Below, in pieces: positions 53,503 to 64,000 of a stretch of DNA of 64,000 nt; position 1 is the stretch's first letter; each line of letters opens with the position of its first letter. Where the stretch lies: assembly GCA_951406725.2 (NCBI GenBank), contig OX597827.1:1364001-1428000 (forward strand), in the 5' to 3' direction. The position numbers and the translations under genes were made by a program. The notes below the pieces were generated by a model. It did not search any database, was not told the DNA's origin, and saw nothing but the letters and a program-made list of their open reading frames with translations. This DNA comes from Octopus vulgaris (Eukaryota).

Positions 53503-54050
53503 TTTACACAACTGCTCTTCTTCAGTGGGGCAGGCAAGGCAGTTTTCATTTGCCTGGTGGCTGTAGTGAAAGACGTTGTTTGGTGGACAAGGCTGAAATG
53601 CATGAGGACAGATACATTCCTCTGTGGTAGAGCTCTCATTGACTTCTTCAAGTTTTACTTGTAAAGGGAACTGAGAGTGGAGAGGGAAGTGCTGTTCTTG
53701 AGTGAGTTTATTGAAGGGTGGGTGAAAGTTGCGAAAATGGCAAGCGTAGACCTGTGAGTTGGAGAGAAAGAATTAGTGAGTCTGCTTGCTCTTGGGGTTT
53801 CAGGGAAATCTCGGACATTGGAATTCCCCGATTATCCGGAGGGCCACTTCTCCATCGTCCTCCCGCCATTTTTCTCGTAACCCCTGTATGCTATGCATAT
53901 GCCTCCTCTTTCCCAGGGTATGCTGTGTTTACTTTTAAAATAATTTTCTTTATCATTTCATTATTATATGTAAAAGCCCAACACTTTATGTCTGTCTCTG
54001 TATGGTCCCCCTCATCTTTTGCCCTTGTGGCAAATAAATGAAATCATCAT
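53503..54050 (+). mobile_element. L1/Tx1-like LINE 3' end (ORF2 C-terminus and 3' UTR)
   Basis: AVFICLVAVVKDVVWWTRLK...LIDFFKFYL*RELRVEREVL...FIEGW resembles the L1/Tx1 KxxIWxxR...RxxxE...FxxxW C-terminus; AATAAA precedes the repeat tail. Confidence 0.6.
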
Positions 54051-54074
54051 GATGATTATTATTATTATTATTAA

Positions 54075-54280
54075 GGCATTGAGCTGGCAGAATCGGTAGC
54101 ATGCCAGGCAAGATGCTTAGCAGCTTTTCATCCATCTTCATGTTCTAAGTTCGAATTCCACTAAGACCGACTTTGTCTTTCATCCTTTCGGTTTTGATAA
54201 ATTTAGTACCAGTGAAACACTGGGGGTCAATGTAATCATCTTGCTCCTTTCCACCAAATTTCAGGTCTTGTGCCTATATT
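54075..54280 (+). mobile_element. SINE family B
   Basis: gagctggcagaatcgg...ctttcatcctttcgg. Confidence 0.8.
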
Positions 54281-54473
54281 AGTGTGGATCATTATTATTA
54301 TTATGACTACTACTACTACTGTTGCCTATTATCAACAATATTGTCCTCTTCGTCATTGTCATCATCATCATTTCTCATTATCATCATTGACAATGTCATT
54401 GTTATTACTATAATCATTATTATTATTATTATTATCATCATCATCATCGTCATCATCATCATCATTATTGTTG

Positions 54474-54519
<46 letters not shown>

Positions 54520-54909
54520 CTTCTGTTTCATCTTTGTTTGTTATTCCTTTCCATTCTTCCCATTTTGTTATTTTTCTTCTTCATTTATCTTTTCTTTCAT
54601 GACCATTCTTTAAAGATATTTTTATAAAATTTCTTTCTTTTTTTGTATATTTATCTTTATTTTCTATATAAATGTTTCTCCTTCTTTTTCTATATATTCT
54701 GTCTCAGTGGAAAAATAGTATTGCAAAAGTCTTAAACTGCTTCTCTCCATTTCTCTCTCTATCTCCCTCATTTTCCCTTTTACTCTTTCTTTATCTCCGT
54801 GCCCCCACCCCCACTATCTCTGCTGTCTTTTCGCAAACATTTATTTCAGGTGAATGTTAGCCGGCAATTTTACCAAAGTTCTGATTTGCTTTTCTATTGC
54901 TCTCAATAT

Positions 54910-55200
54910 CGCCGCCACCACCGCCGCTGCCACCGCCGCCACCACCGCCGCCACCCCCGCCACCCCCGCCACCCCCGCCACTATCACTACCACTGCCGCC
55001 CCCACATCCACCACCACTACCACCACCATCAAAATTATCATCAGTCATCATCATTGTTTCTTGGAAGATGATGATGATGATGATGATGATATGATCATGA
55101 TGATGATGATCATCATCATCATCAACAACACCGCCACACATTTCACTACCACAGCAACTAGCACCTCCGCTGCTATTCCAGCAACTGATGACACCATCAC

Positions 55201-55238
<38 letters not shown>

Positions 55239-55327
55239 CCATCAGCATCAGCAGTAGTATAATGATCGCGTTCATAACCACCAAAAACAACCACTCTCAC
55301 CACCACCACCACCACCACCACCACCAG

Positions 55328-55361
<34 letters not shown>

Positions 55362-55380
55362 AACATCATCAACAACGCCA
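54910..55380. repeat. (CCG/CCA)n, (GAT)n, (CAT)n and (CAA)n trinucleotide cluster
   Basis: Seen directly. Confidence 0.9.
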
Positions 55381-56722
55381 GCTAAAATAACCCTATAACT
55401 ATGATGGTTGTTGTCTTTATTGTTATTGCGTTTGCGCTGCCATTATTTTAAAGTTTTTATTCCAGAAAATGTCCAAATTCTCCAAATCAAATAAAAGTAA
55501 ATAAAAGCGAATTATACGAAAGAAACGTGAGTGAGAGAGAAAGAGAGTAAAATAGAGAGAGAGAGAGGAAGGGAGAGGGAGGAAAGAGAGGAGAGAGAGG
55601 GAGAGAGATTGTAAAACTGAAAGTGAAAATAAAGGAAAATGTAAAAGCTAGCTGTATATGCACATATATGCATGTATATATGTGCATAAGTATATGTCTA
55701 TGTTGCATATATATATGTATGTACACATATAAGTAAATGCTATATATATATATATATATACATATATACATATATATATATACATATATACATATACATA
55801 CACATATACATATACATACATACGCACACACATACACACATATATACATACATATGTATATGTATTATACACATATATGTGAGTGTGTATATATATATAT
55901 ATATACAAATATATATATTTATGTGTGTGTGTGTGTGTTTGTGTGTGTGTGCGTGTGTGTGTATGTGTGTGTGTGTGTTTGTGTTGAGACAGATGCTAGA
56001 TGTATAGATAGATTTGCATACAGAAAAAATATGTTTGGGTGTGTGTTTCAGTGTATATGTGAATACACACACACACTTATAGACACATACACACACATTT
56101 CTATACATACAAACGTATATATATATATATATATATATACGCATATATATGTGTGGGTATATATATATATATGTATATATACATATATATGTGTGGGTGT
56201 ATATATATATATATATATACATATAAATATATCTATATATACATATATCTATATATATACACACATATACATATGCAGACAGTATCCCACTCCCCATACA
56301 TAAGTGTGAGTATGTTTCTTCATTGTCACAGAATATGTTTTGAGTGTTGGTGAAATCGTAGCATTTTGGATGGTGCCACGCGAACATTGTAAGGCATTTA
56401 ATGTGGCTGCTATGACTACAGGAGAAAACCTAAATAAGCTGCAATGCAAAAAAAAGAATCCAAGACAAAAACCCCATAAAAACCTGCCAAGCGATGCAGT
56501 AGCAAAGATAAGCTCCAAGTGAGGTGTAGGTATGATGTGTGCCGTCAGCCAGGTGCCGATTCCATCCTTGGTTAAACCTACTTCCAGTTTTACCTCAGAA
56601 ATTAACGCAACTTTTATTCAAATCTAATTTTTACAGATGCTAATAAGAAACCCATGAGAAATCTAGTCCACGCTGGTGACAATATGTGTGTGTGTACATA
56701 CCATACATACATACATACATGC

Positions 56723-56753
<31 letters not shown>

Positions 56754-57017
56754 TCCACATGCACACACATACACATATATATATGTATGTATATATATAT
56801 ACATATATATATTTATACATACATACATATATATGTATATATAAATATATACATATATATATACACACACATATATTTACATATATAGGTAAATGCATAT
56901 ATATAGCATCAGTATCATTATATATGTATGTATTTATGTACGTACACACACCCACGCAGGCTTATTCATACATGAAAATATAAACATACACACACACAAA
57001 CAAATATATATATGTAT

Positions 57018-57048
<31 letters not shown>

Positions 57049-57244
57049 ATATATGTAAATGTGTGTGTGTGCACGTGTGTGTTAGTTAAAATATGATAAT
57101 CGTTTTATTCTGAAACATGTCAATGAATAGCAGCAGAACATATCTTGATTGGGCAACTCTAGGAATAGAGTCCAACTGATTGGCTGAAACTAATCAAAAT
57201 GACCAGTGCTCCAGTTCACCTTTTCGTTTGTTCAACCTCACACA

Positions 57245-57318
<74 letters not shown>

Positions 57319-57494
57319 CACAAATACACACACACATACACACACAAATACACACCCAGACATGGAATCATAGTTTATCTCTCTGTGTGTGTAGCTTTAT
57401 GGCCATTGTTTGTTTTGTTTTTGTTCCATTTAACATTTGAAATGATCTTAATTAGTTTTGTAAAGCCTACTTCATTCTTACTGGACATTGTGTT

Positions 57495-57694
57495 ACTCTC
57501 TTTTACTTGTTTCAGTCATTTGACTGTGGCCATGCTGGGGCACCGCCTTTAGTCGAGCAAATCGCCCCCAGCATTTATTCTTTGTAAGCCTAGTACCTAT
57601 TCTATTGGTCTCTTTTGCCAAACCGCTAAGTTACGGGGACGTAAACACACCACCATCGGTTGTCGAGCCATGTTGGGGGAACAAACACAAACAC

Positions 57695-57726
<32 letters not shown>

Positions 57727-57869
57727 CAAGATTAATCAGCCGAAATTGCTAAGATGATCTGGTTCTTGACTGATGACTGAGGGCTTCGAATGTCCCGTCC
57801 TGTGGTTCTTGTGTCGTCTCTGTGGCGTTTCATGTTCTTGTCCATGTCTGTAATTATTTTTACTGTTTA

Positions 57870-57905
<36 letters not shown>

Positions 57906-58155
57906 ATTTTGTATTGTATTGTATTGGCATCCTTTCTGTCTCGGGAGACAATGGAGTTGCGCTTTTTTTTTTTTTTTTTTTTTTCCTAGGTCTAGTCCGG
58001 CTGTTATATTTTATTTCCTGTTACATTTCTTGCTGTGGCTGTGTAGTCCTATCCTGGACAAACACTCCCTCTGGCAGGTACTGAAAATGTACGACGGGCT
58101 TCTTTCAGTTTCTGTCTACCAAATCCACTCACAAGGCTTTGGTCGGCCCGAGGCT
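57495..58155 (-). mobile_element. SINE family A split by nested insertions
   Basis: 3' half at 57495-57700 and middle block at 58090-58155. Confidence 0.8.
57905..58088 (-). mobile_element. RTE (BovB/Expander-like) 3' end
   Basis: TCQRECLSRIGLHSHSKKC (CxRxCxSRIGLxSH motif), then ccattgtctcccgagacagaaaggatgcc and a (caata)n tail. Confidence 0.75.
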
Positions 58156-58157
58156 AT

Positions 58158-58497
58158 TATATCGACCCCAGTGCGTAACTGGTACTTATTTAATCAACCC
58201 CGAAAGGATAAAAGGCAAAGTCGACCTCGGCGGAATTTGAACTCAGAACGTATCGGCAGACGAAATACCTATTTCTTTACTAGCCACAAGGGGCTAAACA
58301 CAGAGGGGACAAACAAGGACAGACAAACAGATTAAGTCGATTACATCGATCTCAGTGCGTAACTGGTACTTATTTAATCGACCCCGAAAGGATGAAAGTC
58401 GACCTCGGTGGAATTTGAATTCAGAACGTAACGGCAGACGAAAAAACCGCTAAACATTTCGCCCGGCGTGCTAACCTTTCTGCCAGCTCGCCGCCTT
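58158..58497 (-). mobile_element. SINE family B with tandem body repeat
   Basis: Same two-unit layout as ~16610-17000. Confidence 0.88.
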
Positions 58498-58764
58498 AAG
58501 TTTAAAAAATAATAGCATATAAACCTGTAAGACTGTTTTGTCATTACAGAACTCAAGAGCCCCCAGTCTGGTATAAACTTTTCAAGAAGACTGATATGTT
58601 TCTGAGAGAAATATAACATTCTATTGCATCATCTTACAGTTTTGAACGATAAGGATTAGTAATTTCTTGCAGGCATTTCTATTGCCATTTATCGAGCAGT
58701 TTCCACCGAATAACTGGCCAGGATATATTTCCTACATAATAGATTGATATACACTAAAATATGT

Positions 58765-58941
58765 AGTAAAGATTGTTTGCCAACATAACATGGCAGTCCT
58801 GGTTTAGGACTAACGTCACTGTAATTTAGCCCCGGGGGACACCATCTCCAGCTGGCTATACGACACGGTCTGTGTCATATTTTCGAACAACATTAGTCCT
58901 AAACCAGGACTGCCATGTTAGGTTGGCAAACAATCTTTACT
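58765..58941. repeat. Inverted repeat, 52-bp arms with 2 mismatches, 73-nt spacer
   Basis: 58765-58816 versus 58890-58941. Confidence 0.9.
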
Positions 58942-59409
58942 CCAAAGTACTCTTGCTGAGTATCTCACGTTGTGAGATTAAAAAGAATAAAAATTAGTAA
59001 ATTTCTAACACTAAAATATGTTAATACAGTCAAAGATTTTAGCTATTTTTCAACACTAAAACTTCTTTCACCAACAAGAGCTATTTTTCTTGTTTTATAT
59101 GTCTCCTATACACATATTATTGAAGAAACGAAAATATATGGGGGTTTTTTTTGTCCACAAATATACGAAATTATGTTTCTGTGCAAGGTAATGAATAGAT
59201 GAATGTGTAATGTATATTTGGATGTTTTTTCTTTTCCAGCAACTAATCAAATCTTGAGGTACCGTTGACTGCAAATACCACAATGTGTTTGCGAAGTATT
59301 TTGCTTATATTTTGTCACATTGCTTTCCTTACTTAAGTTTTTTTTTTTATTAATAATGATAAAATATTGAAAATAAAGCTTACAAAAAAGCTTTCAAAAA
59401 CTTGTCTAT

Positions 59410-59582
59410 AGACGTAGGAGTGGCTGTGTGGTAAGATACTTGCTTACCAACCACATGGTTCCGGGTTCAGTCACACTGCGTGGCACCTTGAGCAAGTGAC
59501 TTCTACTATAGCCTCGGGCCGACCAAAGCCTTGTGAGTGGATTTGGCAGACGGAAACTGAAAGAAGCCCGTCGTATATATAC

Positions 59583-59675
<93 letters not shown>

Positions 59676-59875
59676 TGTGTCTGTGTTTGTCTCCCCAACA
59701 TCGCTTGACAACCAACGTTGGTGTGTTTACGTCTTCGTAACCTAGCGGTTCAGCAAAAGAGACCGATAGAATAAGTACTAGGCTTACAAAGAATAAGTCC
59801 TGGAGTCAATTTGCTCGACTAAAGGCAGTGCTCCAGCATGGCCACAGTCACATGAGTGAAACAAGTAAAAGAGTA
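59410..59875 (+). mobile_element. SINE family A, full length
   Basis: Head to gaaacaagtaaaagagta tail. Confidence 0.9.
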
Positions 59876-60547
59876 TAGTATGTGGGCAGTTACGTGAAGA
59901 GGTCACACCATCTCATTAAACCTCCTTCCTCAATAAACGTAACAAACATTTGATATGTGTTTTACATTAGTTAATGACCGTGTGACCCTCATGAAACACT
60001 AGAAATTCTCATAGAAAGATGAAAGTAAACTTTCATCCACCTGCCAGTTATTAGCAGTGAGTGGATGACAACAAAACCATAGTGATGGTGCACCACCCTG
60101 GTGGCCAATCACCGCAACACAAAATGTAGCCATAAATGTGAGCTTTACAGCCTGTATGGCAATTCTCTTGACCAAGATATAAAACAGCTATTACAGTTGA
60201 TCTGAAAGATGATAAAACTGAGATACGGTAGTCCCATAACAAAGTTTATTGACGATAAATTTGTGATCTTATACTTTATTCCACTGTATTGTCACAGCAT
60301 TGTATTTACAAGCTTAGAATCATTCTACTCCACCACCAAAGTCACATTAAAATCTCTCCCAATAAGTATGATGAAACAGGTTATTTTTCCCCAAAATATA
60401 CTTGCAAAATAGGGGCGCGTTTTATGCACTGGAAAATATGGTACACACCCACACATATGGATATATATATATTCTTTTATTGTTTTGCGTGTTTCAGCTT
60501 TAAAGTTGCGGTAAAACTGGGGAACCACCGTTGGCTGTGCTGCAGCG

Positions 60548-61190
60548 TTATTTGAAACCTCCTCTGATCTGTGACATTTGGTGAATGAGTGAATTTGTTG
60601 CCGCTGCTCTCATTTGTATTTCCTGTCGCGAGGTAGGCTCATCTGGAAACCTTGACAGGAGGAGATCCAGTTTTGTTTCAAAGACACCTGCATCCGCACC
60701 ATGTAGGTTTCTCAGGTGTTTTTGGAAGGATATTGAAGAGCTGTGGGCTATTGAAACCCAAGTTGTTACCATATCCGGTTCTGTATTTTGATGGTGATGC
60801 TGGGATCTTTGGCATTATGCAGTGGCGCCATGTTCTGCTATTTGTGTAATTTTCAATGCCAAAGTTTGGTACAAGGCTTTCCAGGATTTTCCAGATGTAA
60901 ATCACTGCATATATTTCCCACCTTCGTTTTAGGGAGAAGAGTTTTAACTCTTACAGTCTTTCTCAGTAGCTGGTATGTTGCATTGAGACGTACCTTGTCC
61001 TCAGCCCACCTGTATACCGCATCCAACTCCCATTGCAGATGCACAGTGTTTGTATTGTCTGAGAGACTTTATGTCATCTGCATAGCAAATAAGGGTGACT
61101 ATCTGAGTAGCTGAGGCTATGTCTGAGAGAGCCACTATAAATAGTAGTGGCTCCAAGACAGTGCCCTGTGGAACACCACTTACTATTTGT
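60548..61190 (-). mobile_element. CR1/L2-group LINE RT remnant with internal deletions
   Basis: SGVPQGTVLEPLLFI, YADD, IYIWKILESLVPN, PQLFNILP and FETKLDLLLSRFPDEP motifs. Confidence 0.85.
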
Positions 61191-61574
61191 GTTCCCTATT
61201 AGTTAGCTGTTCATAAATCAGAAATAAAACACATTCACTATAGATTATCGAGTGGTTATATTTTTATACATGGTCGAGTAGTATAATATTGGTCATGGTG
61301 TATAACTGCTCAGAATGTTATCGTCGTGTCTGTGTCGACTGTTGCACTTTGGTAATATTAACAACTCTTCAGACATAGTCATTGGAAGTTCGTAGCTTCT
61401 TTTATGCTGAAGGTATGTATAGACTTTGGGTGGCACGGTGTTTGCAAGAAGAAATGGAACACGGCGGAAAATTATAATAGTATTTCGGGAGTAAAAGAGT
61501 TATTTTCCATGGATAGGTGTCAGCCATGGGTGAATTGTATAAGCTGAGCATGTGATTGTATATATACGCACCCA

Positions 61575-61802
61575 GGGCGGCGAGCTGGCAGAAACATTAG
61601 CACGCCGGGTGAAATGCATAGCCGTATTTCGTCTGTCGTTACGTTCTGAGTTCAAATTCCGCCGATGTCGACTTTGCCTTTCATCCTTTCGGGGTCGATA
61701 AATAAAGTATCAGTTTCACACTGGGGTCGATGTAATCGACTTAATCCGTTTGTCTGTCCTTGTTTGTCCCCTCTATGTTTATTCCCTTGTGGGCAATAAA
61801 GA
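61575..61802 (+). mobile_element. SINE family B
   Basis: Full head ggcggcgagctggcagaa; apparently flanked by the direct repeat tgtatatata(c/t)gcaccc. Confidence 0.88.
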
Positions 61803-62867
61803 AGTGTATATATATGCACCCCAGTCCAAAAACAGACATGACTAAATTTCTGCTCATGAGGGCAGCATCCCAAAATTTTGCGTTTTCAATTTAGGAAAGC
61901 ACCTAGATTGTGGGAGTATTTTAAAACGATTCTCTTCTTCGTCAAGAAGAATCTGTGTCTTCTACATCCATTCAGGTATGGCCCAGACCGTTCGAACTAT
62001 TTCCAGTTGGTTCTGTACGGCACTACTTCCTCTTTTAATCGCCATATATATTTGGTTAACACTGTAACATCACGTCGAGAGGACGACAGCTGATGAACGG
62101 TGCGATGTGCATTGATTACCAATTCGAAATCGGATAACTTCATATTTTAGGGAGAACGGAGTGAAGAAGTGAGAAAGAAATTGTAAAAGAATCTACCTCT
62201 CTGTGTTAACAAGTAGAGAGTGTGAAAGTTGTGTAGTTACGCGATGACAATCCATAAGTGAAAGAAGAAAAAGAGGTGCTCTTCCGCTAGGCGTCCAGCG
62301 ACCAAAAAGGTAAAAACAATATTGGGTTCTGTATTTATATTTTTACTCACTAAATTAGGTCAGGCTAGACAAAGGATTTTCCATCACTTATCTATCCTGA
62401 CACAAGTTTGACTCAGTATAGCCACGTAAGCAATAGAACTGATCTAAACATGATCGCTGACACTCATAGATTTTTAATTGTAAAAGCAGAGAACACAGGA
62501 AAGAAACTGGTAGTAAAATGTAGATTTGTTTTCAAATCGTGGCTGAGAAACTATGAAGCTGTTCGTTACAAATATATTGTACATTGACAAATCTGAAGTA
62601 CCAGGCAGTGTCTGCGCTGATAAAACGGTATCACGAGCGGGGCTTATTTACTTTTCCGATGTCTGTGTATATGAGACCACTTCAAATAAGTTTATTCTTC
62701 TCAATCACTCTGCACATCAACCCACAGATACACACACACATACACATATATATAATTATAATAATAATATTATTAGGGAGTATAACTCCAAACTTACAGG
62801 GAAAAATTCAATTTAGTATTAGATCAAATTTCACAGTATAAACATATAGAATATAAAATATGAATTC

Positions 62868-62920
<53 letters not shown>

Positions 62921-62951
62921 ATATAAATATATATATATATATATATGTATG

Positions 62952-62998
<47 letters not shown>

Positions 62999-63032
62999 TA
63001 TGTATATATATACATACATACATATATATATG

Positions 63033-63063
<31 letters not shown>

Positions 63064-64000
63064 GTATGCATGCATGCATGCATGCATGCATGTATGTATG
63101 TATGCATGCTGTATGTATGTATGTATGTATGCATGTATGAATGTATGTATGTACGTAGGCATGCATGTATAAATGTACATTCTTATGTTTTATAAAAAAT
63201 AAAACAAGTCTAATCTTGCCAAATGTTCTTTTTTTCTCTTTTTATTCTCCAGGTCAATTCTCAATTTGCAGATGTTACATTAAAGACGTTCCAACTCTAC
63301 GATGCAATATATATTTTTGGCAACGGTTTGCATTGTCTAATGTACCCTTCGTTTTTTTCCTGAAGATAATGAGGGTGTATTACAGAGATTTGGCTGCTAT
63401 TTCTTGCATGAATGGCGATATCGAGGTCTCCTCTTCTTCCTACACCAGTTGTTGCCGCTGCTGCTGCTGGTGATGATGATGCTTAAGTGGCCTCGGGTTT
63501 TACAATTTATTGATGCCGTCTTCAAACAGGATTTATATTTAAGGACCGTCATATGACTTCACCTAAAGTAGCAAAGTAAAGGTGAGTATATCTATATTTT
63601 AAAACGCATTTACTTGGGACTTTCGCTTTGTTTCCTGTTGACAAAGCAAACTGGAAATCACAAATGGCAATTGGATGTTAAAAAAAGTATTGATAAAAAT
63701 AAAAAAAAAACAGAAAAAGATATTGCCGAGATGTATTTAGTTCTGAAAGAAATTGAAGGTTGCTATTTATTCTTCTTTCGTTCTTTTCTTTTTTCTTTCT
63801 TTTTTTTAAACCGAGGGAATAACATCACCAATAAAATGAACGAGCAAATTATCAAGAGGATATTATCAAAGAGAATTTAGTGTATTATATACATTGGCAG
63901 ATTGGATATATTTGAGGAAAGAGAAAGGAAGTCAGCCACAAATATATTGAGTATCAAAGATGAACAAACAAGCAATAAAACGATGTTTTATTGTCGCAGT

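Noticed and set aside
54854-55390. Mucin- or antifreeze-like TAA/TPA repeat ORF
   Set aside because: It is open in several frames on both strands because of trinucleotide repeats, and has no supporting gene structure.
56331-56522. Possible coding exon (SVGEIVAFW...)
   Set aside because: Plausible acceptor but no recognisable protein similarity and no supporting neighbouring exons.
57726-57800. GAAA...CTGATGA permuted hammerhead candidate
   Set aside because: No stem III or UH site, and stem II is out of register.
62085-62140. CTGATGA...CGAAA hammerhead candidate
   Set aside because: Stems I, II and III cannot be paired adjacent to the core.

Overview
AT-rich, repeat-saturated eukaryotic DNA (intergenic or intronic). 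The SINE families and microsatellite load suggest an octopus or other cephalopod genome; this is an inference from recalled family resemblance, not a database result. No intact protein-coding gene, rRNA, true tRNA gene or CRISPR array is supportable, and almost all listed ORFs are microsatellite read-throughs. The window holds about 30 tRNA-headed SINE copies, decayed LINE fragments (RTE, L1/Tx1-like, CR1/L2-like, probable Dong/R4 tails), a probable solo LTR, two hAT MITEs with 8-bp TSDs, two DD37D/maT-like transposase relics and three Penelope-like element (PLE) coding relics. The most interesting signal is a set of short non-coding inserts in (TA)n tracts. Several carry minimal hammerhead-ribozyme-like cores (CTGAnGA-stem II-GAAA-palindromic stem III-UH), and some form fold-back palindromes centred on that core. 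Repeat boundaries were read by eye and are approximate unless a TSD is given.
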